Positions 23,576 to 36,778 are shown, counted from the first letter of the stretch. The stretch: DNA of 64,000 nt from Vicugna vicugna (GCA_013265495.1 MU058584.1:2670508-2734507); one strand, 5' to 3'. A program made the numbers and translations. Notes: generated by a model not told the origin, from the sequence alone.

Positions 23576-25014
23576 CGCCAAATTTAAACCCCTCTGTCAC
23601 AGCCTATCTTGGAAAACCCTCCCTGCTTTTTCCTGCCCCTCAAGAGGTCTTTAATGCAGAGACAAGCCCCTCCTTTTCGGATAACAAGAGCCTGCTGGGA
23701 TTTTAAAATCTGACCCTTGCCGACGAAGAGCTCTTGAAACATAAAAAGATTCCAGCCAGACAGCCCAGCCCAAGAGGCAACCACCCCTCGGACAACGTAA
23801 TTCCACATTTGTAATGAAAAGCAAACATTGTTTTTTAAACATGCAACTGATGACAAGCTTCCTTGGTTAAAATAAATTCCTCAGCTCTTAGGAGAGGGGT
23901 TGGAAAAAAAGGGTACATTCGTGATTTAAGACGGAGGATGAGGGTAAGATTCCGCAGGTGAGTGTACTTTATAAAGGATGCGGGAACTCCATACGTGACA
24001 TTTGGTACCATTACTGTTCTTGTGCAGAACTCCAACTTACAGGAGGGGAAATGGGGCATGAACAGGAGAGAGAGAGAGAGAAGCAGACGCAAGGGCCTCC
24101 GCGGGGCCCAAGATTCGGGCACGGAAATCTTTAATCTCAAATTCAAGGCGTGCCACAACTGTGTTCATGATTCACTAGGCATGCAGCGAAAGGACACGAA
24201 TGAGCATTAAAAACTTCAAGTAGGATGCAACGGTGAACAGCTCTCGGGACCTAGATTTGACCGTCTGGGTCAGGAATGGTGAGTGCCTGCTGGGGAAGGG
24301 GCCATGGGGCTCACTGGTGAGAGCTGCATGTCACGGAAGGTGTGGTAAGTTTGCTGGGGCTGCCGGAACCCTGAATGCAGGGCAGGCCCGAGTGGGAAGA
24401 CACTGGAGACAGGAGGAGTGGGGGTCAGAAAGGCTCTGAGGGCGGCACGTCCACTCGATGAAGTTGTCTTGGCATCTGCCCACCTCTCCACTCTCCGCCT
24501 GGGCTCGCTACCAGGAGTGCCAGCTTCAGGAGGGCATCTCTGCCAATTCCTCGGCTCAGGAAGGGGCCCTCCAGGGCCGGGGCAGCGTCGGGGAGACTGT
24601 TCAGGGGCCGCAAACAGCGTTCAGACCGGGGAAAACATCACTCGTTGGGTCTTCGTCATCTCACACTCCCTCTTGCCACGGGCAAGAGTATGTTCAGATC
24701 AGAGGCAGAGCTAACGCAGGTTGTCGCTGCTCCATGTGAATCCCGCAAAGCACCCTGCTGCCCGGAAAACCCAAGTCCTCCTTCGCTCCACCAGCCCTCT
24801 CTGGACTTCAGGTGCCATGAATCTGCCCCCCTCCATCCACTGTGGACACGGGCAGGTCTCATTCCTCCACTGGGTGCACTCCGTCCCACACGGTACCCAA
24901 CAGCACCTAAAATGCTTCCTACTAGGATGGCAGAGGAAAAGGGAATCTGTTGTCTTTCGGGGCAAGAACCCATCTTCTTCTGATTGGCTGGGTGGCATAC
25001 CTGAAGAAATAAAG

Positions 25015-25115
25015 TGGGATTCTTATCCAGGGGTCTATAATTGGGCATCAGGAGGTCTATGAACCCCCAGAAATTGTATGGCTTTATGTGTAAGTGCCTG
25101 TGTGAATTTCTGGAA
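25015..25115 (+). mobile_element. MER103-like hAT-Charlie fragment
   Basis: 'gggattcttatccaggggtc...ggaggtctatgaacccccagaaattgtatg...tgtgaatttctgg'. Confidence 0.55.
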
Positions 25116-25149
25116 GTGACTGCAGTAGTGATAACGTCAGTTACCAAGC

Positions 25150-25340
25150 ACTACTTGGTATCCTAAGGGCTTAACACATATCAGCTAATTTAGCCCTTAC
25201 ATCGGAGATACAAACTGCTTTCACCCTCCATTTAAAGATGGGGAAACAGGGGTACCAAGAGGCTAAATAACTTGCCAAAGTCACAGAGCCAGTCAGTGAT
25301 GGAGCCGGGATTCAAACCAGGACATCTCGCTCCAGAACCC
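25150..25340 (-). mobile_element. MIR SINE
   Basis: 'ccatttaaagatggggaaac...gaggctaaataacttgccaaagtcacagagccagtcagtgatggagccgggattcaaaccagg'. Confidence 0.82.
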
Positions 25341-25547
25341 ACACCCATAAAACCAGCTGGATGTATGGTCCCAGTTTACTTCACCAAGAGGTCTGTGACC
25401 TCACCCGGCGTAACCATCTCGAAAGCATCCAGCTATCAGCACTTAGTACGTGGCTGTGACCTATTCGTCTCTGCAGGCTGAGAATCCACAACTGCGCCAG
25501 GCACCCAGGAGACACGGCAGCCACTCTATGAAAGAAGGAATAGTGAC

Positions 25548-25685
25548 GGGGGAAGGGTATAGCTCAGTGGTAGAGCATGTACGTAGCATGCACAAGATCC
25601 TGGGTTCAATCCCCAGTGTCTGCATTAAAATAGTAATAAATAAATAAATAAGCCTAATTGCCACCCCCCACCAAAAGAAAAAAAT
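25548..25685 (+). mobile_element. tRNA-derived SINE (Vic-1-like), long-tail type
   Basis: Intact A box TAGCTCAGTGG and B box GGTTCAATCCC; perfect 15-bp TSD aagaaggaatagtga (25532-25546, 25686-25700). Confidence 0.95.
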
Positions 25686-26929
25686 AAGAAGGAATAGTGA
25701 TGATCATCCAGGCTTTCCTTCAGCATCTTTCTTCTGCCTTTCAGAGCAGTCTCTTCCTCGCAGTCTCTCACTTCTCACTGGCACCTCCACCACGCCAAGC
25801 CTTGCATCAGCACAGGAGTTTCACTGCCACAGTTCTCTCTGCCCGCCTGCTGCATCCTGCCTCTTGCCCGTCTTCCCTCTCCACGAACAGTCTCTCTAAA
25901 TCTCACCACTGGTCCCTGAACCCGGGGCCAGCCTGCATCACCTGATCTGGGACCACCTCCTGCTTTGACTGGCACTTGGACAGGAGGCGGCAGAACTGGC
26001 TGACATTCAGCACACAGGGGAGAACAGAGCGTAAAAAGCCTTCACCCAGAGAAGGCTCGCCTGCCGGGCAGCAGTGCCCAGGCCCCGAGGGAGACATCGG
26101 AGCATTAACCCGGGATGCAGTGCTGAGGACCCAAGGGTGGGGCGTGAGTCTTGTCATCTGAGGCTCACAGGGAACCTCAGCCGCGAGGGTACCAGGAAGG
26201 AGACAAAGGAGGCAGCTTCCTCTCTGTTTGTGAGGGCCTTCTCTGGAACTTCAGCCTGCGGAGCTCAAACTCCCATCAGCAGCTATACATCCTGTGGGCA
26301 TTCTGCACCTTCCCCTGTGTCTGTGAATTCCTCACCAGAATCAGGAGCCTTTCCACTGTGGGCTGCAAACTCACAGACCTGTCCAGTTGTGGCTGACATC
26401 GGTTATTCCCTGACACGGACTCTGTGGTCCGGGAGGAATCAGCGGGTGGAGACTCTATCCAGTGGGCAGGGGCCTCATCCCTGAAAACCAGCTCTGCGGT
26501 CAGCACGCGCTGGCTGGAGTCCACTTCCTGTTCCAGCTGAGTCTTGGAAGAAGCACCAGAGGGCCCAGCTCGGTGCTGTCTTCCTAATGACGATCCCAGG
26601 GAAGTATTTCCAGGACTGAAGTGCATGTTAGCCCTCTTGCTTGCAGGCTCCTGTGCTGCAGGGGTACTGGGCAGAAGATCTCAGGGAGAAGCTGGCATTA
26701 ACCCCATCTGCAAGGCTGCCCTCCCTTGAGGGGAAGGGGGTGCTGATGTTTGATTCATCTATTCTCTCAATGCAGGAAGCTCAGCCACTCTATGCCTCAG
26801 TTTTCCCTTCAGTTAAATGGGTCCATGCCACCTGCCCAGAACCACATCAGTCAGATCAGTATCCAACACCCTCCAGAAGCAGCAGAGGGCAAACTTATCC
26901 TATGATGAGCATCTCTATAATAAAATAGA

Positions 26930-27080
26930 CTTAATGTATTTTATACATTATATAAAATATATTTATTTTGCATATTATATAATATGTAAATGAAATCTAT
27001 AATGAAACATATTATATAATTTATAATAGTATAATAATACAAATATTATTATATACATATAATGAAATACACAATAAAAA
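26930..27080. repeat. AT-rich low-complexity tract
   Basis: Nearly all A/T, built from (TA)/(TAT)/(ATA) motifs. Confidence 0.85.
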
Positions 27081-29399
27081 TCACTTGTCATACTAGTTCT
27101 GACAAATGACCAGGCTGGTCCTATGCAGTGGCGTCTCTCCACATCGATAAACATATCAACTGGCCCCAAAGACTCTCAAGCAGAGATTTGGAAGGAGGGC
27201 TGGAGCGAGCCGTTTACATGACCCCTTTCCATCTCGCAGTTCCCCTCTCCCCGGGGCGGGCAAGTGCTCGTTTTACTGCCTGGCAACCAGACTGGGACTA
27301 AGCTTGCTAAAATATGAGTGTTTTTTTGGCTGCAGTACCAGAGAGCCTGCAGCCCTACGGAGAGAGAAAAATTGAACACACCAGGCCGTGGCTCCAGAAA
27401 GGGGAAGAATTAGACTTCACACCGAGCAGGCTGAACCATGGCATTCTTTAGATAATGCTTAACAAACCCCCAAACAAAGGCAGCCAACTTAGCTGCATGT
27501 TCGTAAAATGTATTCTCAGCAGATTCGGGCTCACTGAAGCACCGAGTTGCTGTGCAGCCAGGGTCCCCAGCCTAAGCCTCCCGTTTTTCCGTGCTGTCCC
27601 CCTTGTCTAAATTCCTGCAGATTCTGCCAATCAGAATTCCTCACTTCGGGCTCGGGGGGCTTAGCAACCAAGGTAAATGGTGGTGCTTTTAAATTCGATC
27701 CTAACCCTGGAAAAACAACTGCCCTCCACCCCCAAGCCCCCTACTCTGATGAGGCCTGCCCTCAGCACTCTGAGGGCTGACTGCTTAGAGGCGAAGGAAG
27801 GGCGTGGGGTTCTGGGATTCACCTCCGCGTCTCACCTCTCCCGCTGATTGCACGGCGGAGTGGGCGGTTTGTGACCGGGATCGTGAAAGTTCCAGCTCGA
27901 GGTTATTTCATATTTGGCGATGCCGCTGTCGGTGTGATTTTTAAACCGTGGTTATCATTAGCATTACCAGCATTTGCGCACCCTCATAGAAAGCCTGATT
28001 GATAAACCAGCGGGCATGCTTTTGTGGTCCAGCCCCCATTTCTACTGCAGCATGTAGGGGGTTCGGGAGAAAGCGCAAAAGGTCTGGAAGCAGGCTTACA
28101 GATCTGAGATCAAACACAAACATCACTGAACCCCACTGTTACTTAGCACGGCTTGGTACCCTCCTTTTGATGCCCCTGTGGCATCCCATTTATCCTGTAC
28201 CCAAACGCCCCAGGATCTGTGTATTAGATCGGCCCTTTTGCAACAGTTGGTGGAGAATAGGAATTTAAGTTCTGGAGACTAGATTGGGGTCCTGACATAT
28301 GGACTGTCTGCAAATTTAATGAGATCAACACTTTTCCTGCAGGAGAAAGCACCTCTTCACTCCAAGATATTGGAGAACTGGCCCTGGTGGCTAGAGCCCC
28401 ACCACCGTCCCCTGCTAACTCTGGGACCTCAGGCAGGATTCTTTGGGAGGGACCTTCTCCATGAAATGAGAATGATCACTACTCTCACTGAACTTCAGGG
28501 GCTCCCTCAGAGGTGAATGGGAAAAGGAGCAGAAAATACTTTCAGTGCTTCTGGAAAAAAAACAACAGAGATGCAGAAATGCAAGATACTAAGCTTTCTT
28601 AAAAAACCTCCCAGACTCAAGTTCCTGAAGATTCTCACATGCAGCTTCCCTGAACCTTCATCTCCACTGAAAAGTTGCAGCTAAGAAGTGACACCCAGCC
28701 CCAAAGCACAGACCAGACTTGGGGGCTGAGGTCTGCTTGGACTGGTGACCCAAAGGCTCATGGATCCAGGTCCGCAGACTGAAGAGGTGACCAGCACAAA
28801 CACGGAGGCCAGGAAACACATCAACCACAGAGTTTAACAAGCAAGTCCAGCTCCAGCTCCAGGAGACAGAACAGACTCCAGGACTGCCAGAGGTGAGGAC
28901 AAGGGAGCTTTCAGGCTGGCCACTGATGGAGCAGATAAGTAGACTTGACAAAGGATGACTGCAACGGTGCATTTATGCGCATACAGTGACTGCTGCCCAA
29001 GGACCACCCACTCAGACACACGTACCCACAATCGATAGTACCCACCTACATATGTGCATGTAAGTGTGCAAAACCACAACGCACCGTCCTCTGAAAACGA
29101 AGCTGTATTGCCTAGAACACCGTCTAACCAACAGTACGGCTCCAGTAAGTCTCCTGTTGACTGACAACTGATTCTACAGACTTTTAGGTTGTCCATATAA
29201 TTAAAGGGTTTTTTGCCCCCAGAGATTGCAGTGGGTCTCACAGATAAACCAACATCTCACTCAGTCCACTGTGATCAATAACCCACAGCTGTGAACTGGC
29301 TGACTGGCATTCCGAGCACAGACACCACAGGCAGTGGGCAGAAGGAAGACACCGGCACATTCCAGCTCCCAGCACCCCCGTCTTGACACTCCTGCCTCC

Positions 29400-30480
29400 T
29401 GCTGGAGACTGAACCTGGGTCCTGGGCCTCTGCTGCTCGCTCCACACACTCTGCCCAAGTCATCTATCCAACCCCATGGTTTTCAGTACCATCTACAGGC
29501 TGACGAATCCCAAATCCCTACCTCTGGTCACTCCTCCAAACTCCAAATTCATGTCCAATTGCTATCTGACATCTCCTTTTGGATGTAAAACATGCATCTC
29601 AAACTTCACATGGCCAAGCAGAACTCCTCAAATTGTCCACACAACAGTAGCGGGGTCTCCACTGACCGAGGGAGTCACCTTATCCTCTGCGCCCCACAGT
29701 TTAAGTCACCAGTCCTGTGCGGCGTCTGAATCATGCCCAGAGCTCTTCACTTCTCAAGGTCTCCACGCCACCTCCACCTCTTGCCTTCCTGAGCTCTGCC
29801 ACACGGCAGCCAGAGTGATCTTTTGAAAATGTAAATCAGATCTCACTCCCTTGTGTGAAGCTCTCCGGGGAAAACCTCAGTGGATTTAGAATAAAATCCA
29901 AAATCCCTACTCTGATTTACTAAACTGATCCTTGCCACCAACTTCAACCCGGCATCATACAGCTCCCTACTCCTTCACTCAGCTCCAGGCACGCTGCCTC
30001 CTTTCTGTGCTCAAATAGGTCAGGCTTGTTCCCAACATAGAGCCTTTCCACTGGCCATACTCTCCGCCTGGAACCACCACCACCACCACGGCCACCGTCA
30101 CCTCTTCCCCTCCTCCCCACTTCTCCTTCCCCTCCCCCTCCCCCTCCTCCCCATCTCCTCTCCTTCCTCCTCCTCCCCTCTTCCTCTTCCTCCTCCTTCT
30201 CCCTTTCCTCCCCTTCTTCTTCCTCCCCTTCCCCTTCGTCCTTTACAGGGATGGTCCTCCCAGCATTAAGATTTCAACCCAAAAAGGCCCCCTGGTCACC
30301 TACCCTAAAGTACCTGTTGGTCACATTATACATCACCCTCCACAGCACTGCTTTTATTATCTGCATCCTTACTCCTGGTTTGTCTCCTCCAGCTCCAATG
30401 TGACTCGATGAACAGACAAACCACATCTGAGTGGCTAGAACACAGCCTGACATGCAGCAGGTTCTCGAAACATTTTTCAA
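29400..30480 (+). mobile_element. L2 element (3' portion) with internal CT-rich expansion
   Basis: 'ccatggttttcagtaccatctac.ggctgacgaatcccaaatc', 'gacatctcc..ttggatgt....atgcatctcaaacttcacatggcc', 'gccagagtgatcttttgaaaatgtaaatcagatc', end 'ctagaacacagcctgacat.cagcagg'. Confidence 0.85.
30100..30244. repeat. Polypyrimidine (CT-rich) low-complexity tract
   Basis: About 140 nt of almost pure C/T on the + strand. Confidence 0.92.
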
Positions 30481-31059
30481 GTATATGGCTCTTCTAACCA
30501 ACAAAATACACACTCCCAGTCACAGATGTCTAGGTGGGATTTTCCACATCATTCTCGTTGTCCTTAAGATATCACATACCACAAGCTTACTTTGTATCTA
30601 ATGTCCCCCTGGGGCCAGGAGCAGGAGAAAGAAATTGCTGAATAATCATTGCCTCGATTGGTGGGAAGCAAGGAAAAGACCCAGGTCACTGCCCTCACCC
30701 CAACCTCCATCACGACAGACTATCTCTATGGTCCACCTGAACATCAGCATTTAAAAATCAGTTTTGAGATCAAAAGAACTAAGTTTGAACCCAGGGTCCA
30801 GCCACTTACTACAGAGGGGATCCCAAACCCACCGCCCCGTCTCTGACCTTTGTTTGTTCTCATCTGGTGGATGAACATACTATCCGCCCTGCCCCTTTGA
30901 CAGGGTTGTAACGAGGACAATGTATATAAAATCACTTTGTACATTGTAAGCTATCAATGTAGGGATTGTTGGAATTCTTGAGATAAACAGACTTTTTAGT
31001 GATGGCAAAGATCTACCTGATTGCTGATCTCATTTGATAGGATCGATCACCTTGGTTCA

Positions 31060-31078
31060 GCGTGCGCACGCGCGCGCA

Positions 31079-31111
<33 letters not shown>
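31060..31111. repeat. Alternating purine-pyrimidine tract, (CG)n followed by (TG)n
   Basis: gcgtgcgcacgcgcgcgcatgtgtg...gtatgtgt alternates R/Y for 52 nt without a break. Confidence 0.92.
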
Positions 31112-32419
31112 TGGGTTGGAACAAGAACTAAAGAAGGGCTGTTAAAGACGAATTTTAAACAACGCCGCCCAACAACAAACACGGAAGGCTCATTCCGGGA
31201 GTCAAAGCTAATATTAAGAGCTGGGGAGCAAGCGAGCCGGCAGGCGGTGGGGGGTCAGAGTTAATTACAGCCGGCGGCATTTTACACGGTGCCTACCCAG
31301 GCCCCCTCCGCTGGGAACGCCACATTCTGAATCTGAGCCGGCTGGTATTAGTGAGCAGTGATTAGAATATGCCCACAGGGCCTCTTAAACTTTCCTCCTC
31401 TTTTAAAGCGTTTGTTTTCAGCAAGATTTATGGACGCCTCTGCTGAGCGCAAGCTGGTTTGCCAACACGGAAGTCCCTCCCTTTACAAAGCCACGGCCAC
31501 CTAGCGCCGGCCTGAGCCTGAGTGTGCCTGGATGGGAAGGCTGACTGGCCAGGTTCCTCTGGGTGACTTCCTCCCCGCAGAGGAGAGCATGTGGGGACCT
31601 GGCAGGAAGGGTTCAGATTTCTGGCCAGCCTGCGATGGCCCCCAGAATCAGAAGCCACCGATGGGGAAGAAAACACCCACGGCCACTGCCTTCAGGAGAA
31701 CTGGAGTGCCTCAGTCTCTCCATCTGTGAAATGGGTGACAGGAAACATGGAAGCTGACCTTGCCAAGCTCTGACAGGAACGAAGCGCTTGATGTTTGGAA
31801 GAATGTCTTTCCCACCTTCGCCACACACACTTAAGTACTCTTCTCGAAAAGAATGTGTGCTTCCCTGATTTAAATGTGCATGTGGATCAGGCAACAGGAT
31901 CTCCAGCCGGGATGCAGGGATCCAGGGAAATGAAAGAATTCTCACCTTCGCTTCAGTCACGGCCCATCACGCACCTGCAAGGAAATCCTCAGGGGGAGAA
32001 GGTTCCGCAGGAACCCTCGACCCTTACTCCCCAGGCTGAGTGTGGACCCTGCGGGATGAGCTTCCTCTATCAAATGGACATGGATGAGAGTGTCCATCCC
32101 ACCCTTCCCAGTTCTAAACTCAACGATTCTACAGTTGTTCTTGTCCCTCCCTGTGACACCCACAAAACCAGGGATCCTTCTGGAAAGAACTCAGGGACAG
32201 CTCAGAGAGGCTGCAGGCCTTTTCTGGTCAAGAGCTGCTCTGAGTCTCAGGGCTGCCGGGAGTAAGGTCTTGTTGCCTGGAAGACAAGAGAAGGCTTCCA
32301 TCTGCAAGGTGGAGGCATGCATATGGACTTCCTCATGAAGGATGAGTACAGAGCCCATGAGGACCAGCTGCTCAACATCCCCACCAAAAAAAAAAATAGG
32401 AAGCAGACTCCACCTGATG

Positions 32420-32620
32420 GGCTGGGCTTAGACTACAAGCAAGGAAGCCTTTCTAGCCAGGAAAGGTTGTTAAACACAGCAACGGATTACGAAGAGAGGC
32501 ATTGTAAGCATCTTTTCCAAACTCCTTCTCCGGCCCAATGGCCCCTGATCTGTCTGAGGCGGCTCAGTTGTCCAGGATGGACGTGGGAGGAAGGGAAGGG
32601 GCTATAAGAGGTCCTGCCTA
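32420..32620 (+). mobile_element. Degenerate CR1/L3-type 3' fragment
   Basis: 'ggcttagactacaagcaaggaagcctttct...aggttgttaaacac.gcaacggattac..agagaggc.ttgt'. Confidence 0.45.
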
Positions 32621-33369
32621 TGCCAGCCATGCGCTACTGCTCCCTGGAGCCGATCAGAGTATGGACTAGCTAATTAGAAAAAGGACAGCCCCTCTCCCTG
32701 GCCAGTTAATAACAAACAAACAAACAAACAAAAAACAGGACTTATCCAGACTCAAAGGCTGAGCCCAAGAGAAGTCAGGACCCCTGAGCCATCACTGCAC
32801 AGAGGGAGGGCAACTTGGTCGTGGGGCCACCGTTTAACATCCAGTGGGTAGGGATGACCGCTACCATCAGCACGTCACTATCTCTGTGATTGTGGGCAAA
32901 ATACTTAAAACCCCTAGGCCTTAATTTCCTCATCTGTAAAATCTGGTTTAATATTTCTGACCTTAGAATTACTCTGACCTGGCACCAGATGAGTCAACTT
33001 ATGCAAAAGCACCTGTTTACGTGGACACTCAGAACATGTAAGTGTCCTTCTCTTCCTCCTGGCAGGCCCTGGATCTGTGCTGGAAGTGCCTGGACTGACC
33101 GCTGAAGTCTCGCCAGGAAGACAGGAGGCAGGGAAGAGCCACAGTGGGTCTGACATGCCAGTTCCTTTGACTCGCTTCCTGACGGACCTTCAACGGCTCC
33201 AAAGTACCCCAACTGTCTGCACCCAGACGGTGAAAGCACACAGTGTAGAATCTGAGGATTCTACACTTGGCTTTGCCTTGATCGAATTCCTTTAGCCTCT
33301 CTGTGCCTCAGTTTCCCCTGATTCAGCAAAGGTGTAACAAGAGGATCCGGGGCGTGGGTGGGACAGTGC

Positions 33370-33560
33370 CCACCATGTACCAGGCACTAAACTTAGCACT
33401 TTCCATGCTCTCCTTTAACCCTCAGCAGTCCCGCAGGGTTACTACTACTGAATCATTTTACATAAGGAAGTTGAAGTTTAGTAAAATACATTGCCTGAGA
33501 CCACACAATCACGTGTGGCACCAGGATTCAAATTCAGTCTACCCAGCTCCGAAGACAAGC
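33370..33560 (-). mobile_element. MIR SINE
   Basis: 'caccatgtaccaggcacta...tttaaccctcagcagtccc...cattttacataaggaagttgaag...tggcaccaggattcaaattcagtct'. Confidence 0.7.
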
Positions 33561-35435
33561 CCTTTTGCATTTTTTAAATACCTCTAAGAGATGTTCTGAG
33601 CATTTGAAAGACTGTGTCTACAAATAATTAGGGAAAACTAAATGACAATATCACCCTCTGAAGAATGTTTGATGCTGCAAAGGACCCGACAGTTCCTAAG
33701 TACTGAAGGATCCAAGGTGTATCTACTGTAAATTCTCCATCTCTCAGCCCTCTCCTATCATCCAAGTAGGTTAAAAAATCCAGGAGGTAAATACTATAGG
33801 AGTTAACAATAAGACTAGGTTAATAGGAAAAATAAATCAAGAATGTTCCATTGTATTTGTCTTGATAACAGGAAACATAGGAACTTTAAAAGTGCAAACT
33901 ACTAATTGCCTAAATGACCTCCCACTCCAGGGCCTCGCCAGCTGCCTCCGGGAGCGTGGGCTGGGCTGCCTTCTATGAAATCCTTCTGATCCAGCCCAAT
34001 GTATCAGATCCGAGAGATGCTCCTGGTGGCAGAATATGACAGGTGACTTTAGAAATCCTCTTCACACACGAGAGAGTCCATTTCTCTCTGGGGCTCAGAG
34101 CACCGAATCCTTTCTCACTCCACTCCTGGTTGGTGGTTTGGAGCATGGACTAGACTTCTTTAAAAAAAAGAAGCCCAAATCCAGAAAGCAATTTGCCAAA
34201 AAAGGAGGCAGAGACAGGATTTGGTTGGAATGGGGCCCTCAGAGTGGGTTATGTCTGTGAATTCTTTTGTTCCTTCGTGTTCTAGAGCTCTGGCACACTT
34301 CAGTTATTGGTCTGGGAAGAGTGAAACTGGATGTTTCTGCCAAGGTCTCCCATCCCCAAATTCTAGAAACTAACAGTATTGTTTCATTCAAGTCCCAGAC
34401 ACCACCTCCTAGAAGGTCACAAATCTTGGGAAAAGAAAAAAAAAGAGTCTTGTTGAGGATGCTCTATTCCCAACAAATCTATAAAAAGTCAATTAAGGGG
34501 AAGTTATCCATGCTCTTGGTTTTGCTAAACAACAACAAACAAATAACAAACAGCAAAAACTACAAACCCACTGACTGTTACATTCCCCTAAAAACTCTTT
34601 TATTACAAAAATCTGATGTATCGCCGATTTCCCAGGAATGCTGCTCTTGTGTAAATCGAGGTACGCCTGTCCTAGGAATGAACTCCCAGCCAGGGTCCCT
34701 TGTTCGGCTGTAGAGCCAAAGAGCCAGACTGAGTTATTCATTAACTTCCTGTATGAAAACCGAATAATAAAACTGAAGTGTGTTAAACAAATCCAGATGA
34801 GGGGGTTTAAATCACCTCCAAGTCACCAGGCTTAAAACCGCTGTCATTTCCCCTGGAACAAATACTCTCTACCTTGCTCTCGCAACACGTTATTAAACGG
34901 AGATAACAATATTTATGCCCATCCCAGGGGGTGACTGGATGGACAGCTCTCCCGGGCCGGGCCAGCACGGAGGAAGAATTGACAAGGGGGGGACGGGTAG
35001 GTGGCCCCCTCCCCGAGCCCCCTTCCAGCGCTGTGATGCCAAAACATGCACAGAGGTTAGGTGTCTGGGGATGAGTGGTGTCTGTCGTGTGGAAGAGCCA
35101 GAAACGTTTCAGTGACTTGCCATGGGAGTCAAAGCCTTCGCCCCTTTGTCACAACCACTTAGCTCTTATTTCTCCCCTGGGATTTATGTGTGAGCGAACA
35201 GCAGGCAGCTGCCTCCTTCGCTGCGGCTGCCACCGGGAACTACAAGGCACCGGGAAGCCTGCAAGAGGAAAGGCTCTCCCGGGCCGCTCCTGCAAGCAGC
35301 CAAGATGCGGTTAAAGATTGCAACTCTGGTGGGATCTCGTGTCTCCTAGGTTACAGCTGAGGACTGTGTTTTCCTTTATGACAACAGAAAACGTGTGCTC
35401 TCCAGGGACTGCTCAAACATCTGTACGGGTACGCC

Positions 35436-35473
35436 GTGTGTGTGTGTGTGTGTGTGTGTGCACTCACACACAC
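35436..35473. repeat. (GT)12 microsatellite followed by a short (CA)n arm
   Basis: (GT)12G then cactcacacacac. Confidence 0.9.
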
Positions 35474-36696
35474 CCAGGCATCAGCCGCGGCAGTCGTGAC
35501 CCAGCTCTTCAAATAACCCGCTCCAGATATGTAAAATTCACAGGGGCCTTACTGCTGGCCCAGGCAGCCAGTCTGCCACAGATGTGCGGTGGTGCGGTCT
35601 CAGAAGTCTAATTAAAATAGAGGAAGTGATCTCCTCCTCAAATTTCCTTTAGATGTAAGTCTATAAAAATCACTAGGTAATATCCGATTGGCAGAGCGAA
35701 TCATAGGCGTTAGCAGCTGGGCCGAGTGGACAGAGCAAACAGACGTCTGGCCTCCCCGTGGGGAGTGTCTTTCCAAACACCCCTGCCAGAGACTCTGGCC
35801 TCCTTGCCCTGTGCCTTCATCAAATCTCTGTGGTCACATTTATGAAGTTATGGTTATGTGTCCATCTGGAGTTAGCCAAGGGAGGGGAACTGTTGACCCA
35901 CCTTATAAACCACGGACCCACAGTCACTAAACTGTGTGTGTGGCTACTTTTGTCTGTTGATATTCCCTGATATTCCCACAAGCAAAATGGCACTGCAGCT
36001 ACAGCTGTCCCCCGAGTGGGATGCTGGGGCCGGTAAACCCGCTTACATGTATCTGGGGCCATTGGTCACCCAAGCCTGGCCAAAGAGCCAGATGCCAAGT
36101 GCCCCAGGAACTGATGTGGAATGAATTCGAAATTCCTTCCAAAGCACTGTGACCACAACTCCCTGGCCTCAAAGCTCACCCACCTCTTCTCCCATCACAC
36201 ATTTTAAGCGACTCATTACATCAGTGTTCCTGTTTCCAGTGTCCGGAGTCTCAGGGCCGACAATCCAGGTGAAGGTCACTAGGTGCACACGATCACTAAT
36301 GACTTCTTGGGCTGGTGACCTGCCACGTGGCACAAGCAGCAGAGGGCTGAGTCTGGGCGTAGGACCCGTCACTCAGTGTCACCTCACTTCTCCTTGGCCT
36401 CATAATTCATCTGAAAAAGAAGACGTCACCCACGCTCCTTGCCTCAGAGGGCCGCAGTAGGGGTTAAATTCAATAGGACTACTTTGCAGACTCGAAAGCC
36501 TCTCTTTCGAGAGTCACATGAGCATCAGCCAGCTTCTGTGAAGGAAGGTGACAGACCTGGGTCTCCCTTGCTGTGAACATGCACAGTCCACTTGGGCCAT
36601 CAAGCCCTCAGTTTCTGTGTCAGCTAAGTGGGTACCCTGCTAGCTGCATCTAGCTTCCCAATTCATTTCACTGATGTGAACTGAATGTCTAATAGA

Positions 36697-36778
36697 CTCA
36701 TTTCCTATGGCCACTATAACAAATGACCACGAACGTGATGGCTTAAAGCCACACAGATTTATTCTCTCTTCGTTCTAA
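36697..36778 (-). mobile_element. MLT1 LTR terminal fragment
   Basis: 'tttcctatggccactataacaaatgaccac.aac.tgatggcttaaa.cacacagatttattctctc'. Confidence 0.7.

Noticed and set aside
26930..27080. AT-rich tract as a matrix-attachment region or origin
   Set aside because: Indistinguishable from a degenerate (TA)n low-complexity repeat.
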